Shown here: positions 35,755 through 44,314 of the stretch, piece by piece | Layout of the letters: each line of letters starts with the position of its first letter | Position numbering within the stretch: position 1 is the first letter of the stretch | IMG/VR virus record: IMGVR_UViG_3300015265_000001 | Span: 124,001-188,000 of that record | DNA: 64,000 bases | Reading direction: 5' to 3' (one strand) | The notes under the pieces: model-generated | The model's input: the letters and a program-made list of their open reading frames with translations, nothing else | What the model was told of the DNA's origin: nothing | Databases searched by the model: none | Translations under genes and position numbers: made by a program

Positions 35755-38637
35755 ATGATTATTTTGGGTGGGGAACCGCCATTCATCGAAAACCCCGCAC
35801 CTCGGTTTGGTGAGGTGATCAAGAAGTTCAATCAGCTCACTTACGCCATTCGAGTGGCCACGGAAGAATTCAACCGCAACAACGCAGAAAAGCTGGAAGC
35901 CATTGGAGATGGTGTCGATGTGTTCGTTAACACGGTCTCCATCCCAATCGACGCACACTTGGCTTCCCGTGGCGCACAACACGGCGAGACCAAGAAGTCG
36001 ATTGGCCTGAGCAAGAAGGATAACTTCCGGACGGCTACCAAGCAAGAACAGATCGACCTGGCACCAGTACAAGCCTTTGTAACCCCAGAGGGTGCCAAAG
36101 CTTCCCTGGTGGCTAACAACGCGTCGTTTGTATTGTCGGACTACCAGCTGAACGACCTGTATCAGTTTGCGTCGTTCTTTTATCCCGATCAATACCCTAT
36201 TCCTACGCCTACTCGGGTGGAGCCGGTTCGCTACTTTGGTGCCAGCAAGAAAGCAGGTATGTTGTTGAACACAGACCGACTGATCTTCTCGCCGTACTCT
36301 GATCCTGCTCAGTATCAGAATCAGTCGATCTTTACCAGTATGCCGCTGGGTGGTTCCAAAGGTTCTAAGCTGGGTGAGATCACGGGACTCAGTACCAACT
36401 TCCTGACGTCCTCCTGGAACACGGTAGGGTGTAGCGCCGCTGATGGCTCTGCGGTCTTCTTTAAGCCATTGGCTGACAGGCAGATCTACCAGTACAAGAA
36501 CTCGCTGGGCATGGCGGGGGGTAATTTCAACTACCTGCTGTTCAACCTCTTTGCGGCTACAGTCTATAAAGGCTTAGCAGTATCGAGTTCGTATGCAGGT
36601 ACTGTGCTGACGTTGAACCACAAGTTCTTCTACGTGGCCAACTCCACCACGGACCCGACACTGGTCGACCTGGTTAACTCCAGCTACCAGGCGTTGTTCG
36701 ATCGCATGGATACAGCCGCTTACAACGCCCCAGCCAACGGCAGTCAATCCATTGATTTGGCGAAGTACGTGAATCTACCCGCTGGTGCAGTGATGACTCT
36801 GGCCGGTGGCAGTCATGGTGTGGTCACCACTCTGTTCTGGAACGTGGTCAATGCTGAGATCTACATGCACGTGGCCGTGTCGGTGCAGGTAACCTTGGGT
36901 GCGGTTTCTCGTAACCTGGTGTTCAGCTTTATCGAGTCTGTGATTCCTGGCAGTCTTGGCGCTGGCGGCACCGCAACCTTCCGTCAATTGGGAACTCGTA
37001 CCAAGGACACCTTGGGCGCTGACCTGCTGCCGGTAGGTCAGTCCAACTGGTTTAAAGACGGCAACCGTTACGACTTGTTGAACTTGGTGCAATACCCAGG
37101 CGCAATGTTGGCTTCTGGTGAGATGGTTAAAGCTTGCTCCACCAAGAACGGCATGCGGGTTAAACGCTTCGCTACTGCTTACAAAGGTATCAAGGACTTC
37201 CTGCTGGCTAACCGCCCTACGGTCGACCCTAAGCTGGCAGTGCCGGAGATCTATGCTCCTAGCCGTCATGCAGCCTTTGGTTTGCTGCCTGAGCGTATCG
37301 TGCCGTTTACCAACGGTGGCGGTCAGTCGTCTTTCCTGGTATACGGAGCGAATGCTAAAACAGGTCGTTTCGGTTGGCAGGAGTTTGGCTGGGTATCTGA
37401 CAGCATTGTCAGTACACAGAGCGGGGATGGCACCTTTGGGATCCGTTTGCCAGACTCGATTGACGACAACGAAAACATGGCAGACATGCCAGCCAGTATG
37501 TCGGTGTATGTGAATCAGTCGGGTGCCGGCGTTGCTGCTTCTGCGCTGGTGTTTAACGAGAACAACCACTTTGTCGGTCGGAGTTCTTTCCAGTTCTCTA
37601 ACCACATCCTGACTGTGGGTGCGCCTGTAGCTCTGGCCATTGGTAGCGTCATGGCGATCAAGGCAGCGAGTGGTAGTGTTATGCCACGTGCAGCCATTGC
37701 CAACCCACTGCAAGACCCAGCATTGCGTTCGCCACAGATCCAGGTCTTTGGTCTGACGCCTGGTCGTGCGCTACTGGTGATCAGTGATGGTCTCTGCTAT
37801 GCGGAAGCGGCAGTAGTAGGTCTGGCTGTGTCGGGTTCTACGGCTACCCTGGACTTTACCGCTACAGGCGGTCTGAAGCTGTATCAGGTAACCCCGGGCA
37901 ATCAACCGGCAATGACGGGTAACCGTTCTTCCGCTTCGGGTGACGACGTCTGGCTAACCTACTCGGACCTCCTGGCTGTGCAGGTTAACACCAACACCTT
38001 CCAGGTAGTGGTGACACGTGCTTTCGGTAATGTCTACGGCGATCTGAGCTTCACCGTCAATGGCTTTACCACGTCGACCCCATCGTTTGTTAATGGGACT
38101 GTCAACAAGGCGCGTCTGTATCAGCGTACGGATGCTTTCGACACGGTTGATGAGATCTATCCCCCACTGCTCTTGGCGGGTAAAGGTGTTTACCAGCATC
38201 TGCCGGGCAACAGTCGTTTTGCTACATTGATGACTGAAGTAGGCGGCGGTCCAGGAAAGGTCGATCCTTTCAACGTTAACGAAACCGGTTGGGTGCGTTT
38301 ACCAGCTGGTGCTCGTGTGGTGTTGAACGGCCGTACCACGATCTTGGATCGCGACTATGCGGTTAAGGTAGGGACCACTGGTACTTACTACTGCTACCTG
38401 CAACGCCTCGGCACTACGCTGATTGCGATCGCTTCCACGGTGGTTCGTCAGCCAGCTAACAACGAGGTGATGTTTGGTATTGCAACCAACGGTATCCTGG
38501 TGCTGCAAAAGAACTACATCGTGATGGACAGTAAATCCATCAGCGCGACACGACATGGTTCCGCGATTCCTTACTTTGCCGATAACGGCGGACAGGGTGT
38601 CAACCAGTTCTTTACTCGACGCGACGTGAAGACGTAA
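35755..38637 (+). CDS. Long tail (fibre-associated) protein, divergent paralog 3
   Basis: 960 aa from ATG 35755 (GGAG RBS); H..SRGAQHG..K..IGL.K.DN..TA block and C-terminal GW....NGR..TYY...GSAIP echo paralogs 1 and 2. Confidence 0.65.
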   Translation: MIILGGEPPFIENPAPRFGEVIKKFNQLTYAIRVATEEFNRNNAEKLEAIGDGVDVFVNTVSIPIDAHLASRGAQHGETKKSIGLSKKDNFRTATKQEQIDLAPVQAFVTPEGAKASLVANNASFVLSDYQLNDLYQFASFFYPDQYPIPTPTRVEPVRYFGASKKAGMLLNTDRLIFSPYSDPAQYQNQSIFTSMPLGGSKGSKLGEITGLSTNFLTSSWNTVGCSAADGSAVFFKPLADRQIYQYKNSLGMAGGNFNYLLFNLFAATVYKGLAVSSSYAGTVLTLNHKFFYVANSTTDPTLVDLVNSSYQALFDRMDTAAYNAPANGSQSIDLAKYVNLPAGAVMTLAGGSHGVVTTLFWNVVNAEIYMHVAVSVQVTLGAVSRNLVFSFIESVIPGSLGAGGTATFRQLGTRTKDTLGADLLPVGQSNWFKDGNRYDLLNLVQYPGAMLASGEMVKACSTKNGMRVKRFATAYKGIKDFLLANRPTVDPKLAVPEIYAPSRHAAFGLLPERIVPFTNGGGQSSFLVYGANAKTGRFGWQEFGWVSDSIVSTQSGDGTFGIRLPDSIDDNENMADMPASMSVYVNQSGAGVAASALVFNENNHFVGRSSFQFSNHILTVGAPVALAIGSVMAIKAASGSVMPRAAIANPLQDPALRSPQIQVFGLTPGRALLVISDGLCYAEAAVVGLAVSGSTATLDFTATGGLKLYQVTPGNQPAMTGNRSSASGDDVWLTYSDLLAVQVNTNTFQVVVTRAFGNVYGDLSFTVNGFTTSTPSFVNGTVNKARLYQRTDAFDTVDEIYPPLLLAGKGVYQHLPGNSRFATLMTEVGGGPGKVDPFNVNETGWVRLPAGARVVLNGRTTILDRDYAVKVGTTGTYYCYLQRLGTTLIAIASTVVRQPANNEVMFGIATNGILVLQKNYIVMDSKSISATRHGSAIPYFADNGGQGVNQFFTRRDVKT

Positions 38638-38644
38638 ATAACCC

Positions 38645-38678
38645 CTACCCCTACAGCCCCGCAAGGCTGTAGGGGTAG
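38645..38678. terminator. Perfect 14-bp hairpin between convergent genes
   Basis: CTACCCCTACAGCC-CCGCAA-GGCTGTAGGGGTAG; no U-tract. Confidence 0.6.
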
Positions 38679-38686
38679 TAAGGTTG

Positions 38687-39688
38687 TTAACCCCCACCAA
38701 CTGGTGCGCCAGAAGTACCGTCGCCACTTTCCACACCAATATGTGTGTGGAGGTTCAGGCTGACAGTTGCGGTCTGAACATCGGTGAGACCTTTGACAAG
38801 ACCCGTGCTGGTGGAGTTACCAGTACGGTTAGTATCACCCGTTTGATCGTAATCACCCTGTTGAGTGAAATCACCTTCCTGATCGTAGTTGCCCGTTTGG
38901 GTTGTATTACCCGTGTGTTCCCAATCGCCTTTCCAGCGTGTCAGTTTTACATCAGCGTCAATCTGATCAGCTTGCAACTGAAGCAGCTTGGTCTTGATGT
39001 TGATACCTTCCGTTGCAAACAGTTGGAGCAACAGAGGCATGAACACCGTCATGGTCTTCTTGTCAATCTTGAAGACCGCACCATCGGCATTGGAATAAGT
39101 GAAGGTGTGATTCAACTCATCCCAGACGATATACCCCTGTTCGCTACCCCCGAAGGTCATCACCCCATCCATCGCATTGATCTGGATGTCAAAGGCTACC
39201 TTCTCACCATTGGCTTGGGACGTCCGCAAAGCCATCAACCCTTCGTGGGTTGAGATCTTCATCTGGTAGGTGTTGTTGATGTCGTTAGGGGTGTTCTCGC
39301 TAACCTCTGGCGATGCACTCCAATTGTAGAACACCGTCTCCAGTCGCATGGTCTCGGTGTTAACACCGTCCAGCGTCCAGTACAGCTTGTTCTGACCGGG
39401 TACCTGGTAGATAGCTACCTTACTGCCTTCCCGTACGTCAGGAGAGCTGGTACGGTTGCTGTCGGTCATGTTCTTCCAAGTGGCGGGAAGAACGTTACTG
39501 TGCATCAGGTTACTCTTAACCTGCTCCCCTTGAGCGTTGAGGCTCGTTCTTTCTTTCTGCTGAGGGTTAGCGCTGATACGACCATCAGCGTTGGGAAACA
39601 GACTTGGGAGGTAAACGAAGATCTGATCGGTATTGGTATCTTTGGTCGCTGCGACCACACCAATACCAATGCAGTGCATTATGTTCAT
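38687..39688 (-). CDS. Baseplate central spike (gp5/gpV/VgrG-type)
   Basis: OB-fold-like N-terminus (PDVREGSKVAIY), 6-residue repeats GNTTQT/GNYDQE/GDFTQQ/GDYDQT, terminal LHTH iron-binding apex; ATG 39688 has an AGGA RBS. Confidence 0.8.
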   Translation of the reverse strand: MNIMHCIGIGVVAATKDTNTDQIFVYLPSLFPNADGRISANPQQKERTSLNAQGEQVKSNLMHSNVLPATWKNMTDSNRTSSPDVREGSKVAIYQVPGQNKLYWTLDGVNTETMRLETVFYNWSASPEVSENTPNDINNTYQMKISTHEGLMALRTSQANGEKVAFDIQINAMDGVMTFGGSEQGYIVWDELNHTFTYSNADGAVFKIDKKTMTVFMPLLLQLFATEGINIKTKLLQLQADQIDADVKLTRWKGDWEHTGNTTQTGNYDQEGDFTQQGDYDQTGDTNRTGNSTSTGLVKGLTDVQTATVSLNLHTHIGVESGDGTSGAPVGGG

Positions 39689-39741
39689 ACTTGACGTCCT
39701 ATTCTGTAGACCCTTCAAATTTTCTTAAAAAAGAATTCGTT

Positions 39742-42207
39742 ATGCTACTTAAATTAATTCTAGAGAACTATGTTCCGCTCTTGAGTAGCAATATTCATAA
39801 AGTGGAACTTGACACCGAACATATGATCAACCTCTTTATCTCCCTGAACGGGGTGGGTAAAAGTTCGATCCTTAAGGAAATGAATCCGCTGCCACCTGAG
39901 AACGGCAATTACGAGAACGGACGCAAGTTTGTTCAGTGGAAGGTAGGTAGCAAGGTCTACACGATGGATTCGTACACCGGCATCGGGAACGGCCACAGTT
40001 TCAAGATAGATGACGGGGAAGAACTTAACAAGAACGGTACTTACAGCTCGCAGAAAGAACTGTGTGAAAACCACTTCGGTTTAGACAACGGCCTGGTCAA
40101 GGTGATTAGCGGTATCCGTATTGCGGATCGTCTATCTGCCATGTCGGCAAGTCGCCGTAAAGATATCCTGATGCAGATCTATCCGAACAACACGGATTAT
40201 GCACTGGGTGTTTATAACCGACTGAAGTCTGCACGTAACGAACTGAAGGCGGCGATCAAGAATCAGATCGGGCGTTACACCGAGGAGAACCGTAAGCTCT
40301 CCTACATCAACGAGTGCGGTGTAGAAGAACTCGAACGCCGTGTTAAGGGTGTGGAAGAAGAACTGAAGCAGTCCTTGTTGCTGCGCGGTAGTTTGGAGTC
40401 TGTTAAGCTTAATCCAGAGACCGCTCGTAAGAAACTGGAACTCGACCAACTGACCGATCAGTTGCTTGCGAATAAGCTGAGTGGTGTATGGCAGAGCAAG
40501 CGAGAGTACATCGACGCGATCGACACGTCTCGTCGTATTCTGGAAGGCTATCGGGATAAAGCCAACGTGCTGCAAGGTGTGATCAGCGAACACGCTGGTA
40601 TGCTGGAAGGATTGGAAGAGTTCCTCAAAGATCCGGATGCGTTTAAAGCACAGACCAAGCACGTTAAGGGTGATATCGCTGAGACCTTGATCAAGCTGGA
40701 AGTGATCGAGCAGAGTCTCAAGCAATACCCGGTCTTTAACGACCCTGAGAACCCGCTGGACGGGTTAGCGCAGATCATCCCTGCACTGATGCCTTTCCTG
40801 GATCGCGTGACACCTGCGAGCACTCAGGAGCTTACAGGTAACCAGTACAAGGATTATCAGAAACGCATGGAAGTAGTCGGGACTGAGTTAAAGAGCTTTA
40901 CCAACGACCTCGCCAACATGAAGCACCAGTTGGAGCATTATGAACAGGCGGAAACCGTTGAGTGTCCAGACTGCACGCATGAGTTCAAGTTGGGGATGAC
41001 ACCTCAGAAACTGGCGAACCTGAAATCCAACATTGAGTACTCGATCAAGAAGATTGAGAAGTTGGAAAAGGAACGGGACGAACTCAAAGAGAAATTGGAT
41101 AACGACGCGGAATGGTTTATTTCGATGAACCAGTTGTTTACCTTTATCCGTGAGAACAACCACGTCAGGATTCTACCAGAACTGATCAAACAGTTTGAAG
41201 TAGGCCGTCATGCCAGTCCTCGGTTGCAGAACGCTCTGGAGCTTGTTAGCCGCAAAGCTGAACTCCTAGGCTACCGCAACACCCTGGCGGAAGAAGAAAA
41301 GCTTCTGGACGCACGGATAGCCCTCCTGGACCGTAATAAGGTATTGGACGTTGCCATTTACGTCAGTACCACAGAAAAAGAGCTCGTGGATGTTAACAAC
41401 AAAATCCTCTTCTACCGAGCCAAGATTGATGCCCTCAGTAATACCTTGCGGGGCATTCAAACCTATGGGGAGGATTTAAGGCGGTTAGAGCAATTGCGGT
41501 TCGAGATCCTGCAAGGTTTAGAGTGCGAGGGTAAGGTAAATCTGCGTGCAGCTGTGGATCAGCGCATCAGTGAACTGACCACGGACAAAGAACACTACAT
41601 GACCTCGATCATCAAGAGCAAGTCCCTGACAGCGGTGGTTCAATCCATTTCAGCTGACATCGACCGCTTGAAACGCCGGTTAACCATTGTCGAAGTGCTC
41701 ATGGATGGTCTCTGCCCTAACAAGGGTTTGATCGGTAAGTTGATGAGTGATTTCATCAGTGCCATCTGTGGCAACATGAATGCCGTGGTTAACAAGATCT
41801 GGAATACCCCGCTGTATATCAAACCGTGCAGCAAAGAGAACGGTGATCTGACATATCGCTTTCCTGTGGTCAAGGGTGAGAAAAACCCTACACCGGACGT
41901 GGCAGATTGCAGCGGCGGCGAACAGGACATTTTGGATTGGGCATTTCGCTTTGTGTTACTGGGGTACCTCGGGTTTCCACTCCCCTTAATCATGGATGAA
42001 GTGGGTCCGTTTCTGGACGAAATCAAACGCGGCAGGTTCTTTAACTTTGTGGAGGAATACACACAGAGTAACGACGCCCGCCAACTGTTCTTGGTGTCCC
42101 ATTACTTCAATCAACTCGGGGTCTTCCGTGACCCTAACATCATCGCCTTGCGGTACGAAGGTCTTACCCTCCCGGGTGAGGTCAACCAGCACTCAATAGT
42201 AATTTAA
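39742..42207 (+). CDS. sbcC: SbcC/Rad50-like SMC ATPase
   Basis: LNGVGKS Walker A, coiled coils, CPDC zinc hook, SGGEQ signature, LIMDE Walker B, VSH switch. Confidence 0.92.
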   Translation: MLLKLILENYVPLLSSNIHKVELDTEHMINLFISLNGVGKSSILKEMNPLPPENGNYENGRKFVQWKVGSKVYTMDSYTGIGNGHSFKIDDGEELNKNGTYSSQKELCENHFGLDNGLVKVISGIRIADRLSAMSASRRKDILMQIYPNNTDYALGVYNRLKSARNELKAAIKNQIGRYTEENRKLSYINECGVEELERRVKGVEEELKQSLLLRGSLESVKLNPETARKKLELDQLTDQLLANKLSGVWQSKREYIDAIDTSRRILEGYRDKANVLQGVISEHAGMLEGLEEFLKDPDAFKAQTKHVKGDIAETLIKLEVIEQSLKQYPVFNDPENPLDGLAQIIPALMPFLDRVTPASTQELTGNQYKDYQKRMEVVGTELKSFTNDLANMKHQLEHYEQAETVECPDCTHEFKLGMTPQKLANLKSNIEYSIKKIEKLEKERDELKEKLDNDAEWFISMNQLFTFIRENNHVRILPELIKQFEVGRHASPRLQNALELVSRKAELLGYRNTLAEEEKLLDARIALLDRNKVLDVAIYVSTTEKELVDVNNKILFYRAKIDALSNTLRGIQTYGEDLRRLEQLRFEILQGLECEGKVNLRAAVDQRISELTTDKEHYMTSIIKSKSLTAVVQSISADIDRLKRRLTIVEVLMDGLCPNKGLIGKLMSDFISAICGNMNAVVNKIWNTPLYIKPCSKENGDLTYRFPVVKGEKNPTPDVADCSGGEQDILDWAFRFVLLGYLGFPLPLIMDEVGPFLDEIKRGRFFNFVEEYTQSNDARQLFLVSHYFNQLGVFRDPNIIALRYEGLTLPGEVNQHSIVI

Positions 42208-42218
42208 ACCTATATTAC
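42201..42218 (+). promoter_or_regulatory. Early phage promoter
   Basis: AATTTAAACCTATATTAC; same family as 9333, 14671, 50410, 50641 and 52535. Confidence 0.7.
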
Positions 42219-42226
42219 TAAGTGGT

Positions 42227-42252
42227 AGAGATAACGCTTGTTGTTATCTCTT
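42227..42252 (+). promoter_or_regulatory. Leader hairpin or terminator whose 3' arm is also complementary to the downstream RBS
   Basis: AGAGATAAC-N7-GTTATCTCT-TTT; AAGAGATAACG recurs at 42306-42316. Confidence 0.55.
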
Positions 42253-42319
42253 TTAGGTGTATTCGTACTGCAAGCCTCTGTTTATGACAGCTTACATACT
42301 TCTGGAAGAGATAACGATC

Positions 42320-42601
42320 ATGCAAAGCGCACAGATCCCAATCATGCAAAACCTCGACGGGTCTTACTCGCCTAACAACCTCGGTCTTGGGGTTGCGGTG
42401 GTGACCTACAACTACGACATCAGCGGCAAAACCGCTATCATCAACTTCGATGGCATGAACCAGGCTGTTCTGACCTTCGACGCTACTGGCACTACTGTGG
42501 TGTCCTACCACATGCTGAACCTGATGGCCTCCGCTCAGGACATGGCCACCGTTGAAAACATCGCCCGTTACCTGGCGAATGCACAAGCTACCCTGCATTG
42601 A
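42320..42601 (+). CDS. Small hypothetical protein (93 aa), probably highly expressed
   Basis: ATG 42320 after GGAAGAG; strong C-ending codon bias. Confidence 0.7.
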   Translation: MQSAQIPIMQNLDGSYSPNNLGLGVAVVTYNYDISGKTAIINFDGMNQAVLTFDATGTTVVSYHMLNLMASAQDMATVENIARYLANAQATLH

Positions 42602-42608
42602 GAGCAAT

Positions 42609-43079
42609 ATGAATGTACTAAGGTTCTTTAGCAAAGATCCTGATCAGTTCACCGAACCTTTTGAACCAGTGATGGCGCACTTCGCGTTGGCTGGACAAAA
42701 GGTTCAGGTCGAGCTGGGTCTTGTTAAGGATAATAACAGGCTGTATTTCTTGATCGGGAAACGGTTCTCCAGCGACGGACCGCTGATAATTCTAGATCGG
42801 AGGCCCGTATCCTCCGTATCTCAACAGACGTTTATGGCGCGTCCTAAACGCTGGAGCGAAAATGCTCTATATGGGCGTGAGTTTCTCCGCCATGCTTTTG
42901 AAGACTTTGTTTTGAAATCGCCATTCTCTGGCTTTATAAGAAAGAACGTGAATCCACTGGATATCACGCAGTTGTTTGCCAATCTGCGGAACTTAAGTTC
43001 CAACTTAATTAACTTCCAATCGGGTATAGGTCATGAAAAAGGACGACGTGATTGTGCAGTACAGAGCGTTGGTTCGTGA
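42609..43079 (+). CDS. Hypothetical protein
   Basis: 156 aa from ATG 42609; overlaps the next gene by 47 bp. Confidence 0.5.
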   Translation: MNVLRFFSKDPDQFTEPFEPVMAHFALAGQKVQVELGLVKDNNRLYFLIGKRFSSDGPLIILDRRPVSSVSQQTFMARPKRWSENALYGREFLRHAFEDFVLKSPFSGFIRKNVNPLDITQLFANLRNLSSNLINFQSGIGHEKGRRDCAVQSVGS

Positions 43080-43473
43080 GCTGGGAGAGAACGCACACAA
43101 CGTAGTACTGAGCGCTGGAGCCGCTGCTGTAATGATGGGCATCCGCGATGAAACCAACGACCTCGACGTTGACGTGCTGCCAGGTGTATTCAAATGGGCA
43201 GCAACCACCAAAACCGTCATCGAAGAAGAAGGTTTCAATGCGCGGGTTGTTTACGCTGAGCATATCGATCTGCACGTATTGGATGAAGACCGTGGGAAAG
43301 TCTGCATCGAAGGCGTATGGACGTACAGTCCCCGTGAGTTGATTAATCAACGACGTGAACTGATTAAAACACCAGGTCGTGATGTCGGTAAGTTGGTACG
43401 CGATCAAGTCGAAGTGTCGTTGCTTGAAGGCATCGCACGTATGGGCAATAAATTCACCGCTAAAGCTGTTTAG
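43033..43473 (+). CDS. Minimal pol-beta-superfamily nucleotidyltransferase, apparently active
   Basis: hhSAGAAA...DLDV, third acid in HIDLH, C-terminal K..RD..E helix as in AbiEii/MenT-type NTases. Confidence 0.65.
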   Translation: MKKDDVIVQYRALVRELGENAHNVVLSAGAAAVMMGIRDETNDLDVDVLPGVFKWAATTKTVIEEEGFNARVVYAEHIDLHVLDEDRGKVCIEGVWTYSPRELINQRRELIKTPGRDVGKLVRDQVEVSLLEGIARMGNKFTAKAV

Positions 43474-43482
43474 GAAAGCATC

Positions 43483-43950
43483 ATGTTTAAACTTGAAGTA
43501 GACGTATGGCAGGCTGCCAATGACCGCATCGTGCAACAACTGGCCGTCCTGACCGACCAATACAAAATCCCCCTCGACAGCATCTGCGTTGGCGGTAGTG
43601 CGGCAATGGTTCTGATGAAGATCCGTAATGAAGCGCGTGCTATTAACGTGTGGGTCGATTCGCCGTACTTTGATCGTCTGGCCGAAGATCAAAAAGTACT
43701 GATACACCCGCTGCGCGATGTGGTGGTACAAATCCCGGACACTCCCATCTACGTCCGTCTCCGCAATCGCTACTTCGAAAGTCGTACCCTGGAAAACGGC
43801 GTAGAAGTATTCGGTGAACTGGCGCTGCTGCTACAGAAGCGCACCAGTTACATCGATCCAGCTCGGCCACCGAAACAGAAGTTGAAAGACTTCCGCGATA
43901 TCCAGATCCTGAACGACATCATGGCTACGCGTAACAAGGTTGCATCCTGA
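43483..43950 (+). CDS. Degenerate nucleotidyltransferase paralog
   Basis: VGGSAA and KD..DI retained, but DxD replaced by A-I-N. Confidence 0.6.
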   Translation: MFKLEVDVWQAANDRIVQQLAVLTDQYKIPLDSICVGGSAAMVLMKIRNEARAINVWVDSPYFDRLAEDQKVLIHPLRDVVVQIPDTPIYVRLRNRYFESRTLENGVEVFGELALLLQKRTSYIDPARPPKQKLKDFRDIQILNDIMATRNKVAS

Positions 43951-43952
43951 CT

Positions 43953-43993
43953 GATTAGGCATTGGTGGGTAACTCCCCAGTGCCTAATCCTTT
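43953..43993 (+). terminator. Terminator
   Basis: GATTAGGCATTGG.../CCAGTGCCTAATC followed by CTTT. Confidence 0.7.
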
Positions 43994-44023
43994 ATAGCGC
44001 GTTTTGGTTTTTAGGTAACAGCA

Positions 44024-44314
44024 ATGACCGCTATTATTCCAACACTATTGGGTATCTTCTGTTTTTTGTTTTTGCTTGAAATGATGACCGGTCCGTGGAA
44101 ATGGGTGGATCGGTTACTGGGTTGGGATGACCACCCAAATGAGAAAGAGATCACTCAGATCCGGCTCAGCATATTGCTGGAGCAAGAGGATCTCAGCGTT
44201 AAGAACGACAGAGTCATCTGTAATGAATGCCAGCGGGAGAGTTGCGGCTTCTGCAACAATGGTCGCGTTATTCACCAGGCTCAAGAACTGCTGGACAAGA
44301 GGAATGAACTATGA
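44024..44314 (+). CDS. Small membrane-anchored protein with CxxC...CxxC
   Basis: N-terminal TM; CNEC and CGFC. Confidence 0.6.
   Translation: MTAIIPTLLGIFCFLFLLEMMTGPWKWVDRLLGWDDHPNEKEITQIRLSILLEQEDLSVKNDRVICNECQRESCGFCNNGRVIHQAQELLDKRNEL

Noticed and set aside
39604-39741. N-terminal extension of SbcC overlapping the spike gene
   Set aside because: The SMC-type N-terminus begins at ATG 39742; the extension is an antisense overlap artefact.
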